DNA of 61,933 nt from an uncultured bacterium (GCA_963923845.1 CAWULR010000001.1:1-61933); one strand, 5' to 3'; shown: positions 41,686 to 51,140, numbered from the stretch's first letter. Translations and numbers: made by a program. The notes: generated by a model not told the origin, from the letters alone.

Positions 41686-42744
41686 ATGAGCGCAGCCAAG
41701 CCCCCGTTTGCCGACTCCCTTGCCACCCTCGGGTGGGGTGGACCCCAAGAGCACCGCGACCGAAACGATCGGCCGTCGTACGTGGGTCCGGTCTCCTTTT
41801 CGCAGCTCCCCTGGATCGAAGACGCGACCGAGATCCGGCGCATGGGGGCGGATGTGGCGATCATCGGCGCGCCGTTCGACGATGCGGTCACCCATCGACC
41901 GGGGACGCGCTTCGGCCCACGCGCCATTCGCGAGGCGCAGTATCAGACTGGCGTGTTGCACTCGCTGCAGGTTGGAGTCGACCCGTTCCGCATCCTTACC
42001 GCGGTCGATGCGGGCGATGCGGCGGTTGTTCCCGGTCGCGTCGAGCACGGGCACGGCGAGATCTTCAGGAAGGTTCGTGAGGTGGCCGCGACCGGCGCGA
42101 TCCCGATCGTGCTCGGAGGAGACCACTCCATCACATGGCCGAATGCGACGGCGATCGCCGATCTCCGCTGGCCGCAGAGCATCGGCATCGTGCACTTCGA
42201 CGCACACGCCGACACGTCGCCAGACGGCTACGGATCGCTGCACAGCCACGGCTCGCCGATGCGTCGCCTGATCGAGTCGGGCGCGGTCAAGGGGAAGAAC
42301 TTCGTGCAGGTCGGTCTCCGTGGATACTTTCCGGACCGCGAGACGCTCGCGTGGATGAGCGCCCAGGGGATGCGAACCCACTTCATGACCGAGATCGAAG
42401 AGCGGGGCGCCGAGGCGGTGATCCGGGATGCGATCGCCGAGGCGCTCGACGGTCCGGATGCGATCTGGATCAGCGTCGACATCGACGTTGTCGATCCGGG
42501 ACTTGCACCCGGCACAGGGACACCGGAACCGGGTGGACTGCTCACTCGTGAGCTCCTCCGCGCCCTTCGACAGATCGCGGAGCGCGTCCCAGTTGCAGGG
42601 ATGGACATCCTCGAGGTGGCTCCGCCGTACGACTGGGCCGAGTCCACGGCGATGATCGCCAACCGCGCCGCGCTCGAGGTGATCAGCGCCCTGGCCAAGC
42701 GAAAGGCCGCAGGAGAGTCGATCCGTTGGGAGCCGAGGCGCTGA
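41686..42744 (+). CDS. Ureohydrolase (arginase family): agmatinase / guanidino-acid hydrolase
   Basis: IIGAPFDDAVTHRPGTRFGPRAIREA, LGGDHSITWP, VHFDAHADT, SVDIDVVDPGLAPGTGTPEPGG. ATG 41686 is preferred over TTG 41644. Confidence 0.85.
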   Translation: MSAAKPPFADSLATLGWGGPQEHRDRNDRPSYVGPVSFSQLPWIEDATEIRRMGADVAIIGAPFDDAVTHRPGTRFGPRAIREAQYQTGVLHSLQVGVDPFRILTAVDAGDAAVVPGRVEHGHGEIFRKVREVAATGAIPIVLGGDHSITWPNATAIADLRWPQSIGIVHFDAHADTSPDGYGSLHSHGSPMRRLIESGAVKGKNFVQVGLRGYFPDRETLAWMSAQGMRTHFMTEIEERGAEAVIRDAIAEALDGPDAIWISVDIDVVDPGLAPGTGTPEPGGLLTRELLRALRQIAERVPVAGMDILEVAPPYDWAESTAMIANRAALEVISALAKRKAAGESIRWEPRR

Positions 42745-43481
42745 CCTCGCGTCGAACACTCCGCGTACTGGACGACGAGGGCGATCTCGAATCCGGCGGC
42801 GACGACGATCTGAGCTTCTGGAGCGATGCCTGCGCCGACACCAGCGGTCCGATCTTCGAGTTCGGCTGCGGTGGAGGGCGAATCCTCGCACACCTTGCGA
42901 CGGTCGGTCGCGAACTGATCGGCATCGACATCGATCCGGTTGCGCTCGACCTCGCGCGACGGAGACTCCCCACGGCGACACTGATCCACGACGACCTGCT
43001 GTCGTGGACGCCACCAGAGAGGTTGCGACGCTCGGTCGGTCTCGTCATCGCCGGCGGCGACCTCCTGCCGCTGTTCACGGAGTCCGACGATCTCCGGCGG
43101 CTCTTCGACCAGGCGGCCGCCCTGCTCCAACCGAGCGGGCTCTTCGGTATCGATGCAACGCTCATCGACCGGGCGCTGCTGCGCGATGCCGTGAACGACC
43201 CCGAGTGGAGCGAGGATGCGCGGTGGAGCAGCGATGGGAGAGGGGTGGTGCGTCGCGAGAGCCGCCTCCTGCCGGATCCGGCACGGCGCCCCGGTCACGC
43301 GCAGCTGCAGATACGGCACTGGCACGACGGCGACAGCGTTCCAGACCAGCGCGATCCGTTTCCGATTCGTGCCTGGCAGCCGGCGGAGATCGCGCGAATC
43401 GCGGAACGTGCGGGGCTGCGCCTCTCCCGTCCTGCCGCGCACGATCGCCTGAGGTGGCTGCTACGGTCTGGGCATGTCTGA
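42726..43481 (+). CDS. Class I SAM-dependent methyltransferase
   Basis: Motif I IFEFGCGGGRIL and motif II GIDIDPVALDLA. Only a TTG start (42726) is available in frame upstream of motif I. Confidence 0.65.
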   Translation: MGAEALTSRRTLRVLDDEGDLESGGDDDLSFWSDACADTSGPIFEFGCGGGRILAHLATVGRELIGIDIDPVALDLARRRLPTATLIHDDLLSWTPPERLRRSVGLVIAGGDLLPLFTESDDLRRLFDQAAALLQPSGLFGIDATLIDRALLRDAVNDPEWSEDARWSSDGRGVVRRESRLLPDPARRPGHAQLQIRHWHDGDSVPDQRDPFPIRAWQPAEIARIAERAGLRLSRPAAHDRLRWLLRSGHV

Positions 43482-44355
43482 TTCTCGGCCGATCGGCTTC
43501 TTCGATTCGGGTGTCGGCGGACTCACCGTCCTTCGCGAGGCGCAGCGACGGCTGCCCGGAGAGTCGACGCTCTACATCGGGGATAGCGCTCGGCATCCGT
43601 ATGGGACGCGCAGCGACGCGGAGGTGCTCGCCTTCGCCGTTCAGCTCGCCGACGAACTGGTGTCGCGAGACGTGAAGGCGATCGTCATCGCCTGCAACAC
43701 GGCCACATCGGTGGCCCTCGCGCACCTTCGCCAACGGCACCCCACCATCCCGTTCATCGGCGTGGTGCGACCGGGGGCGGCGGCGGCGGTCCTTGCGACG
43801 CGGACCGGGCGAATCGGTGTGCTCGCGACAGAGGCCACCGTGCGGTCCGGCGCATATTTCGCTGCGATCAAGGACGAGAACCCTGCCGTGCAGGTCGAGG
43901 CGCGCGCGGCGTCGTCGCTCGTCCCGTTGATCGAGGCGGGCGATCTCACCTCAGACCGTCTCGTCGACGCGGTCCGCCGCACCCTCGCCGAACTGAAGGA
44001 GAGGACGACGGAGTCGAAGATCGACACCCTCCTTCTCGGCTGCACCCACTTCCCCTTGATTCGGCACCTGATCGCCGCGGAGCTCGGCGAGAGCGTGGCG
44101 GTCGTCGATTCGGCCGCCGCCGCAGCTGCGACCCTTCAAGAAGTGATCTCGGTGAACCACCTGGATGCACCGGGGTCGACGCGTGGCACGGCGGCAGACG
44201 CCGGGGCAGAGGGTCATCGCTCGCCGCCGCGGACGTCGGTGCGTCCGCAGCACCTCCTCTTCACGACAGGAGAGGTGGGCGGGTTCAGCGCTCTCGCCGA
44301 TCGGCTCTTCGGCGACCGTGCGATGGAGGCGACGCAGATCTCCCTGAAACGCTAG
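43474..44355 (+). CDS. murI: Glutamate racemase
   Basis: IGFFDSGVGGLTVL. Catalytic Cys contexts VIACNTATS and LLGCTHFP. Confidence 0.9.
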   Translation: MSDSRPIGFFDSGVGGLTVLREAQRRLPGESTLYIGDSARHPYGTRSDAEVLAFAVQLADELVSRDVKAIVIACNTATSVALAHLRQRHPTIPFIGVVRPGAAAAVLATRTGRIGVLATEATVRSGAYFAAIKDENPAVQVEARAASSLVPLIEAGDLTSDRLVDAVRRTLAELKERTTESKIDTLLLGCTHFPLIRHLIAAELGESVAVVDSAAAAAATLQEVISVNHLDAPGSTRGTAADAGAEGHRSPPRTSVRPQHLLFTTGEVGGFSALADRLFGDRAMEATQISLKR

Positions 44356-44362
44356 CAGCCGG

Positions 44363-45100
44363 TCAGGGGAGCAGCGGAAGGGTCGCGCGGACGATCGCGG
44401 CGGCGTTCGCCGAGGCTCGCGCCAGATGCTCGTCGAACGATGGTGCGGCGCTGTCGTCACCCGAGTCGCTGATGCTGCGGATCACGATCCACGGCAGGCC
44501 GAACCGTTGCGCGACGTAGGCGATCGCCGCACCCTCCATCTCCACGAGGTCCGCGTCGGTTCGCGCTGCGATTGCATCGCGTGTCGACACGTCGTTGACG
44601 AACCAGTCGCCCGTTGCGATGCGACCGGTGCTGACCTTGAAGCCGCGGGCCGAACCGACGCGGCGGGCGGCCGCTGCGGCGATCTCGGCGATGTCGGGCG
44701 GCGTCCGCAGGAGCGGATCACCTGATGACGGCGCGCTGCCTCCGTACCCGAAGAGGAAGAATCCGGACGCAGTGACCGCGGCGAAGTCGTGCTGCAGGAC
44801 TTCCGTGCTGATCACCACGTCGCCGATCGAGCGGCCGGGCTGCAGCGATCCGGCCGAGCCGACTGAGATGACGCACCGCGGATTCAGCGCGAGCGCCGCG
44901 GTGACGGACGTGGCGGAGGCGACCTTTCCCACGCCGCAGCAGAGCAGGGCGACAGACGTTCCGTCGATCTCCCCCACGAGCAGATCGCCCTGCCCGAGTC
45001 CCGGAAGCGTCCGCGCCTCGAGAGGACCGGCGATCGCCTCGACGGCGGCGCGCTCCGTTGCGAGTGCGGCGGCGATCAAGATCGGTGGCCGAGCGGTCAT
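44363..45100 (-). CDS. PNP_UDP_1 family nucleosidase (MTA/SAH nucleosidase MtnN or futalosine hydrolase MqnB type)
   Basis: ILIAAALATE...LLCCGVGKVASA...SVGSAGSL...EMEGAAIAYVA...RSISD layout. The subfamily cannot be decided by eye. Confidence 0.7.
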   Translation of the reverse strand: MTARPPILIAAALATERAAVEAIAGPLEARTLPGLGQGDLLVGEIDGTSVALLCCGVGKVASATSVTAALALNPRCVISVGSAGSLQPGRSIGDVVISTEVLQHDFAAVTASGFFLFGYGGSAPSSGDPLLRTPPDIAEIAAAAARRVGSARGFKVSTGRIATGDWFVNDVSTRDAIAARTDADLVEMEGAAIAYVAQRFGLPWIVIRSISDSGDDSAAPSFDEHLARASANAAAIVRATLPLLP

Positions 45101-45124
45101 CTGGCGCCCCGCGGCGTTCCGGCC

Positions 45125-45544
45125 CTAGCCCGTGGACTCTTCGGACCGGTCCAGCTCGACGACGGCAGAGCGAAGCGCTCGAGGCTCTCGGCCAGAGAGG
45201 AGGTCTTCGGCGTCGCGGAGATCGAGATCGGGCTCTTCGTCGGCGCCGCTGTGATTCCGCGCCGAAAGATCGTTGCCGGGGATCAAGGCGGTGCCGCCCT
45301 CGTCCGCTGAGGCGCGAACGGCGGCCTGCAGGCGATGGTCGAGTGCGGCGTAGAACCCGTGGCTGCGCTCGAGTTCACGAGCGATCGCCTCGACGAGCGA
45401 ATCCTCCTCGAACGACTCGACAATCCGACCGCGCGCCTCCTCGACCATCGCGAGGAAGTCGTGCGCATCGATGCGATCTTCGTGGGCGAGGGTGACGCCG
45501 AGCGCCATCTCGTCGTCCGCCTCGTGGATCTCGTAGAAGAACAT
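45125..45544 (-). CDS. Acidic hypothetical protein
   Basis: In-frame ATG 45544 in ORF 45125..45637 (MFFYEIHEADDE...), preceded by TAGCCT-N7 on the minus strand. No motif recognised. Confidence 0.4.
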   Translation of the reverse strand: MFFYEIHEADDEMALGVTLAHEDRIDAHDFLAMVEEARGRIVESFEEDSLVEAIARELERSHGFYAALDHRLQAAVRASADEGGTALIPGNDLSARNHSGADEEPDLDLRDAEDLLSGREPRALRSAVVELDRSEESTG

Positions 45545-45627
45545 GCGGCGGAGGCTAGCACTGCCGCCATGCGGTCGCGCGCTGTCCTCGCTTGACGCGG
45601 CGGTGCGGCCAGGGCGACACTCCTGCC

Positions 45628-46032
45628 ATGAGGGCACGGATCATTCGGGCGCTCCCGTCCACCGGCGATCGTCTTCGCGCCGCGGTCGGGCTCGTGGTGC
45701 TCGCCGTCTTCCTGGTCGCCCTGGCGCGGAACCTGGTCGGTGCAATCCAGGCGAGCGCAGAGATCTCACGACTGCAAGAGGAGAATGCCGCGCTCGCCGC
45801 TCGCGCCGAAGCGCTGACCGCCGAGCGAATCCTCCTGGACGATGCCGCGTTTCTCGACCTGGTGGCGCGTGGCTACAGCCTCGGTTCTCCCGTCGAACGA
45901 CCGTTTGTCCTTGCCGCGGACGCTCCGGAGCTTCCGGACGATGCCCCCGGATCGGCGTCGAGGCGTTACGTCGCCGGCACGGCAGATCGTTCGCCGATCG
46001 ACGTGTGGCTGGAGATCCTCTTCGGCGGTTGA
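45628..46032 (+). CDS. Septum formation initiator (FtsB/DivIC-like) protein
   Basis: ATG 45628. One TM (AAVGLVVLAVFLVALA) followed by coiled coil EISRLQEENAALAARAEAL, the usual FtsB/DivIC layout. Confidence 0.55.
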   Translation: MRARIIRALPSTGDRLRAAVGLVVLAVFLVALARNLVGAIQASAEISRLQEENAALAARAEALTAERILLDDAAFLDLVARGYSLGSPVERPFVLAADAPELPDDAPGSASRRYVAGTADRSPIDVWLEILFGG

Positions 46033-46035
46033 GGG

Positions 46036-47556
46036 CTAGCGCTTCGGGTCGCCGAGGACGGTCCAGTGCCAGGGCTTCTCGTGGGCGCCGCTCAGTTCGA
46101 TCGCCACGTGCTTGACCTGCGTGTACTCCTCGAACGAGTAGTGGCTGAGGTCCTTGCCGAAGCCCGACTGCTTGAACCCTCCGTGTGGCATCTCACTCAT
46201 GAACGGGAGGTGGTCGTTGACGAGCACCGCTCCGAATCGCAGCGCTGCCGCAACGCGGTGCGCCCGCTGCACGTTCGACGTCCAGACGCTTGCCGCGAGT
46301 CCGTATGGCGTGTCGTTTGCGAGCCTGATGCCCTCCGCTTCGCCGGAGAACGGCAACGCGACGAGCACCGGTCCGAAGACCTCCTGCTGCACGATCTCGC
46401 TCGACTGCGGCGCGCCGGTGATCAGCGTCGGCGCATAGAAGGCCCCTCCCTCGCATCCGATCGGCGATGCCTCGCTGCCGCCGACCACGATCTCTGCCCC
46501 GCTCGAGCGGGCGCGCTCCACGTAGCCCGCCACGCGCTCTCGCTGTGCCAACGAGATGAGCGAACCCATGTCGGTTGTCGTGGCGAACGGGTCGCCGAGG
46601 CGGACGCCCTGCATCAGCTCGGCGACGCGGGCGACGACGCGATCGAAGATCCGCGTCTCCGCGTAGAGTCGCGTCGCGGCTGTGCAGTCTTGGCCCGAGT
46701 TGACGATCGCACCCACGACGGCCCCGCGCGCAACGCTCTCGACGTCGGCATCGTCGAAGACCACGAGCGGTGCCTTGCCACCGAGCTCGAGATGCAGTCG
46801 CTTGAGGGTCGGCGCGCTTGCTGCCATCAGCTGGCGGCCGGTCGCCGAATCGCCGGTCAGAGTGATCATGTCGATGCGAGGATCGGCGGCGAACTGTGCG
46901 CCGATCTGCGGGCCCGGACCGGTGACCACGTTCACGACGCCGTCCGGAAAGCCGACCTCGCGCGCGAGTTCGGCGAGTCGGATCGCGGTGAGCGGCGTCG
47001 CGCTCGCCGGCTTCATGATCACCGTGTTTCCCGCGGCGAGCGCAGGCGCCGCCTGCCAGATCGCCATCGCCAACGGATAGTTCCACGGGGCGATGAGCGC
47101 CGCAACGCCGACCGGTTCGCGTCGGATCATCGAAGTGTGGCTGCCGCTGAACTCCGACGCGGCGCGACCCTCGGGGCTGCGCAGGACGCCGGCGAAGAAA
47201 CGCAGATGATCTACCGCCGCGGGAATATCGCCTTCCCGACGGAGCTTGCGCGCCGTTCCCGTCTGCCAGACCTCCGCGTCCGCGATGTCGTCGGCTTCGC
47301 CCGCCAAAGCATCGGCGAGCCGGATGAGGAGCAGCGCGCGATCGGCCGGCGTCACCTGTCGCCACGGGCCGTCGTCGAACGCGGTGCGTGCCGCAGCGAT
47401 GGCCGCATCGACGTCCGCCGGCCCTGCAAGCGGAATCTTGCCGATCTGCGCACCGGTCGCCGGGTGACGAAGGTCGAAGGTCTCGCCGCTCAGGGCGGCG
47501 CGCGACGTGCCGTCGATCAGCAGGTGCGGCGTGAAGTTCGGTCCAGCCTTCGCCAT
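46036..47556 (-). CDS. NAD(P)-dependent aldehyde dehydrogenase
   Basis: In-frame ATG 47556 in ORF 46036..47745 (MAKAGPNF...). PWNYPL, LELGGKAP, and catalytic-Cys context NSGQDCTAATR. Confidence 0.85.
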   Translation of the reverse strand: MAKAGPNFTPHLLIDGTSRAALSGETFDLRHPATGAQIGKIPLAGPADVDAAIAAARTAFDDGPWRQVTPADRALLLIRLADALAGEADDIADAEVWQTGTARKLRREGDIPAAVDHLRFFAGVLRSPEGRAASEFSGSHTSMIRREPVGVAALIAPWNYPLAMAIWQAAPALAAGNTVIMKPASATPLTAIRLAELAREVGFPDGVVNVVTGPGPQIGAQFAADPRIDMITLTGDSATGRQLMAASAPTLKRLHLELGGKAPLVVFDDADVESVARGAVVGAIVNSGQDCTAATRLYAETRIFDRVVARVAELMQGVRLGDPFATTTDMGSLISLAQRERVAGYVERARSSGAEIVVGGSEASPIGCEGGAFYAPTLITGAPQSSEIVQQEVFGPVLVALPFSGEAEGIRLANDTPYGLAASVWTSNVQRAHRVAAALRFGAVLVNDHLPFMSEMPHGGFKQSGFGKDLSHYSFEEYTQVKHVAIELSGAHEKPWHWTVLGDPKR

Positions 47557-47562
47557 CGCTTC

Positions 47563-47568
47563 AGGGTA
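47563..47568 (-). promoter_or_regulatory. -10-like TACCCT 6 nt before the minus-strand ALDH ATG (leaderless arrangement)
   Basis: The plus-strand agggta at 47563-47568 reads TACCCT on the minus strand, followed by gaagcg and ATG (47556). Confidence 0.3.
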
Positions 47569-47603
47569 GGGGATCGCCGTTCGGGATGTGGCAATCGTCG
47601 CGC

Positions 47604-47609
47604 TAGGAT
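47604..47609 (+). promoter_or_regulatory. -10-like TAGGAT 6 nt before the plus-strand ALDH ATG (leaderless arrangement)
   Basis: TAGGAT (47604-47609), then ggcggc, then ATG 47616. The hexamer and spacing are the same as at 6089. Confidence 0.35.
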
Positions 47610-47615
47610 GGCGGC

Positions 47616-49184
47616 ATGAAGAGCGAGCGGCCCTCGACGCGTCCCGACCGAACGGCGAAGCTCGCAGAGAAGCGCGCGGCATCAGGCGTCGTCCCCGGCG
47701 GCGGAGCCGAGGGCGGCCAGCATGTCGCGTCGGCACTCGCAGCAACCAGCCCGTGGGCCTACGCGTCGGCGCCAGAGTCGAGAGAGCTCGCCCTGATTCG
47801 GCCGCGCTACGGCCTCTTCATCGACGGTGAAGAGCGGGCGCCTGCGGACGGCGAGACGGTGGTCACCTACAACCCTGCCACGGAGGAGCCGCTGGCCGAA
47901 GTCGCGAAGGGGAGCGCTGCCGATGCCGATCGCGCCATCGCCGCGGCCGATCGTTCGCATCGGAAGATCTGGTCGCGGCTCGAACCCCGCGAGCGAGCGA
48001 AGTACCTCTATCGCATCAGCCGAATCCTGCAGGAGCGCAGCCGAGAGTTCGCCGTGACGGAGACGCTCGACTCCGGGAAGCCGATTCGCGAATCGCGTGA
48101 CGTGGATGTGCCGCTCGCAGCGGCGCACTTCTGGTACTACGCGGGCTGGGCGGACAAGCTGCAGTACGCCGTTCCCGGGCGTCGCCCCGAAGCGCACGGC
48201 GTGGTCGGCCAGGTGATCCCGTGGAACTTTCCGCTGCTGATGCTCGCCTGGAAGATCGCGCCGGCGCTCGCCGCAGGGAACACGGTCGTGCTCAAGCCGG
48301 CGAGCACGACGCCGCTCACGGCGCTCCTCTTCGCCGAGGTGTGCCAGCAGGCCGATCTCCCCCCGGGAGTCGTGAACATCGTCACGGGCCCCGGAGAGAT
48401 GGGGATGGCGATCGTCACCGACCCGCGGGTGGCGAAGGTCGCCTTCACCGGGAGCACGTCCGTCGGCGTGAAGATCGCCCAGGGGATCGCGGGGCACGGC
48501 AAGGCGCTGACCTTGGAGCTCGGCGGCAAGGCGGCGAACATCGTCTTCGAGGATGCGGCGCTCGACCAGGCGGTGGAGGGCGTGATCAACGGGATCTTCT
48601 TCAATCAGGGAGAGGTCTGCTGTGCGGGGAGTCGCCTCCTGGTGCAGGAGTCGATCGCGGAGGAGTTCATCGCGCGACTGAAAGACCGCATGGCCACGCT
48701 TCGCGTCGGCGATCCGATGGACAAGAACACCGATGTCGGTGCGATCAACTCGCGCGCTCAGATCGAGACGATCGGCGAACTCGTTGCGAGCGGCGTCGCC
48801 GAGGGGGCGGAGCTCTGGCAGCCCGAGTGCGTCCTGCCGACGCGCGGCTGGTTCTTCAAGCCGAGCCTCTTCACCAACGTCGCCCAAAGCCATCGCATCG
48901 CGCGCGAAGAGATCTTCGGCCCAGTCCTGTCCACGATCACCTTCCGTACGGTCGACGAGGCGATCGAGAAGGCGAACAACACCGCCTACGGTCTCTCCGC
49001 CGGAATCTGGACCGAAAAGGGGAGCCGCATCCTCCAGGTTGCCGCTCAGCTGAAGGCCGGCGTCGTCTGGGCCAACACGTTCAACCGCTTCGATCCGACC
49101 TCGCCGTTCGGCGGCTACAAGGAATCCGGGTACGGCCGCGAAGGCGGGTTGCAGGGCCTGCACGCGTACTTGAGGAGTTCGTGA
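47616..49184 (+). CDS. NAD(P)-dependent aldehyde dehydrogenase (full length)
   Basis: PWNFPLLM, LELGGKAA, catalytic Cys in FNQGEVCCAGSR, and EEIFGPV. Confidence 0.9.
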   Translation: MKSERPSTRPDRTAKLAEKRAASGVVPGGGAEGGQHVASALAATSPWAYASAPESRELALIRPRYGLFIDGEERAPADGETVVTYNPATEEPLAEVAKGSAADADRAIAAADRSHRKIWSRLEPRERAKYLYRISRILQERSREFAVTETLDSGKPIRESRDVDVPLAAAHFWYYAGWADKLQYAVPGRRPEAHGVVGQVIPWNFPLLMLAWKIAPALAAGNTVVLKPASTTPLTALLFAEVCQQADLPPGVVNIVTGPGEMGMAIVTDPRVAKVAFTGSTSVGVKIAQGIAGHGKALTLELGGKAANIVFEDAALDQAVEGVINGIFFNQGEVCCAGSRLLVQESIAEEFIARLKDRMATLRVGDPMDKNTDVGAINSRAQIETIGELVASGVAEGAELWQPECVLPTRGWFFKPSLFTNVAQSHRIAREEIFGPVLSTITFRTVDEAIEKANNTAYGLSAGIWTEKGSRILQVAAQLKAGVVWANTFNRFDPTSPFGGYKESGYGREGGLQGLHAYLRSS

Positions 49185-50155
49185 TGGGGAAGAAGCGCAG
49201 CAAGGGGTCAGACGGCCGCCGCGACGGTCAGCGCACCGCCGGCGAGAGCGCGCTCGCCGCGGCGCTTTCGCCGTCCGATGCCGCGCGCGTGCAGGTTCGC
49301 CGAACGCCGAAGCTGTATATCGGGGGCGCATTCCCGCGGAGCGAGTCGGGTCGCACCGACCTCCTGCAGCGCGCTCGTGGCGGGAGCACCAACATTGCGC
49401 GGGCATCGCGCAAAGACCTTCGGGAGGCGGTGAAGGCGGCGCGCGTCGCAGCGCCAGGGTGGGCGGCGCGCAACGCATCGCTTCGCGGACAGATCCTCTA
49501 TCGCGTGGCAGAGCTGATGGAGGGTCGCGCAGCCCAGTTCCGCGACGACCTGATCGCTCACGGCTACGACAAGGACGAAGCGGTCGAGGAGGTGGCGGCG
49601 AGCATCGATCGAGTCGTCTGGTTCGCCGGTTGGCCGGACAAGATCGCCGCGGTGCTCGGCGGCACGAACCCCGTCGCATCGTCGCACTTCGTCTTCACGA
49701 TTCCAGAGCCGACCGGCGTCGTTGCCATCGTCGCGCCCGAGCGCTCTCCGTTGCTCGGCCTCGTGACTCGACTTGCTGGCGTCTTGGCCGGCGGCAACGT
49801 CGCGGTGCTTCTTGCGAGCGAGGGCGCGCCGCTCCCCGCCATCACCCTCGCCGAAACGCTCGCGGTGAGCGACGTGCCGGGAGGCGTGGTCAATATCCTG
49901 ACCGGTCGTCGATCCGAGCTGATGCCGCACCTGGTCCGCCACGCCGACGTCGACGGCTTCGATCTCTGGGGTTGCCCAGACGACCTGATCGTCGACGCGG
50001 AGCGCGGAGCGGCCGAGCACGTGGCGCGTGTCGCTCGGCGTCCGCGCGGCGAGAAGGACCGGGCCAGCGCGTTCCACGGCGAGCGCGGCGAGCGCATCGA
50101 CGGGATGACGGCCTTCCTCGAGATGAAGAGCGTGTGGCACCCGATCGGAACCTGA
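49184..50155 (+). CDS. ALDH-family protein lacking the catalytic domain (NAD-binding half plus C-terminal tail only)
   Basis: In-frame ATG 49184 in ORF 48221..50155 (TGATG junction). The N-terminal and Rossmann part is ALDH-like (KLYIGGAF, EPTGVVAIVAPERSPL, VPGGVVNILTG). It has no ELGGK or catalytic-Cys block. It ends with an FLEMKSVW tail resembling the ALDH oligomerisation strand. 323 aa. Confidence 0.65.
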   Translation: MGKKRSKGSDGRRDGQRTAGESALAAALSPSDAARVQVRRTPKLYIGGAFPRSESGRTDLLQRARGGSTNIARASRKDLREAVKAARVAAPGWAARNASLRGQILYRVAELMEGRAAQFRDDLIAHGYDKDEAVEEVAASIDRVVWFAGWPDKIAAVLGGTNPVASSHFVFTIPEPTGVVAIVAPERSPLLGLVTRLAGVLAGGNVAVLLASEGAPLPAITLAETLAVSDVPGGVVNILTGRRSELMPHLVRHADVDGFDLWGCPDDLIVDAERGAAEHVARVARRPRGEKDRASAFHGERGERIDGMTAFLEMKSVWHPIGT

Positions 50156-50204
50156 CGCGCGGGGGAGGGAGCGCGTCGCGCATCGCGCGCCGGCGATCGG
50201 ACGG

Positions 50205-51140
50205 TCAGTCGAGCGTGAAGTCGTCGGGGTCGGCGTAGGCGCCGGTCGCCTCTTTCTCGAGCTGCATCAGTAGGTCGTTGACGAGGCTCGACGCGCCGAA
50301 GCGGAAGCGGCCTGGCGTCAGCCACTCGGGACCGAGCGTCTCGTGGACGACCACGAGGTACTGGATCGCCTCCTTCGCGCTCCGAATGCCGCCCGCCGGC
50401 TTCATGCCCACGACGCGTCCGGTGCGATTCCAGTGTTCGCGGATCGCCTCGAGCATGACCAGGGTGACGGGGAGCGTCGCCGCTGGCGTCACCTTGCCCG
50501 TCGAGGTCTTGATGAAGTCGGCACCGGCGGCGATCGCGAGTGCCGAGGCGCGGCGCACGTCGTCGTAGCTTCCCAACTCTCCGGTCTCGAGGATCACCTT
50601 CAGGTGCGCGGGACCACAGGCGTCTTTGACGGCGACGATCTCGTTCCAAACCTTCGCGAAGTCTCCGGCAAGGAACGCGCCTCGGTCGATCACCATGTCG
50701 ATCTCATCCGCGCCTGCGGCGACCGCGTGCTTCGTCTCGGCCACCTTGAGATCGAGCCACGAGCGTCCGCTCGGGAAGGCGGTGGCAACCGATGCGACCT
50801 TCACCGAGCTTCCAGCGAGCGCCTCTTTGGCGACGGCAACCAAGTCCGGATAGCAGCAGAGCGCGGCAACCGACGGCGTGTCGGGGTTGCCCGGATCGGG
50901 TCGCATCGCCTTGGCAGCAAGCTGGCGGATCTTGCCCGGGGTGTCCCTCCCCTCCAGGGTCGTCAGGTCGCACATGCTGATCGCGAGCCGCAGTGCCCAG
51001 ACCTTGGTCGATCTCTTGATCGAACGCGTCTTCAGCGCCGCGACGCGCTCCTCGACGCCGACGCGATCGACCGGAGTGACCTCTCGCAGCCACCCGGCCA
51101 GCGCGCGCGAATCGGTTGCAACGGGGAGAGAGAGGCTCAT
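50205..51140 (-). CDS. deoC: Deoxyribose-phosphate aldolase (long actinobacterial-type form)
   Basis: In-frame ATG 51140 in ORF 50205..52442. DLTTLEG. Schiff-base Lys context ADFIKTSTGK. VGMKPAGGIR. Confidence 0.85.
   Translation of the reverse strand: MSLSLPVATDSRALAGWLREVTPVDRVGVEERVAALKTRSIKRSTKVWALRLAISMCDLTTLEGRDTPGKIRQLAAKAMRPDPGNPDTPSVAALCCYPDLVAVAKEALAGSSVKVASVATAFPSGRSWLDLKVAETKHAVAAGADEIDMVIDRGAFLAGDFAKVWNEIVAVKDACGPAHLKVILETGELGSYDDVRRASALAIAAGADFIKTSTGKVTPAATLPVTLVMLEAIREHWNRTGRVVGMKPAGGIRSAKEAIQYLVVVHETLGPEWLTPGRFRFGASSLVNDLLMQLEKEATGAYADPDDFTLD

Noticed and set aside
49184-50155. Short ALDH as a simple frameshifted pseudogene
   Set aside because: I did not recognise an ALDH catalytic-domain remnant (ELGGK or Cys block) in the supplied ORFs overlapping this region, and the frame is continuous to an ALDH-like C-terminal tail. 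Only 49 nt remain before the convergent deoC. It is kept as a CDS, but the pseudogene possibility is not fully excluded.
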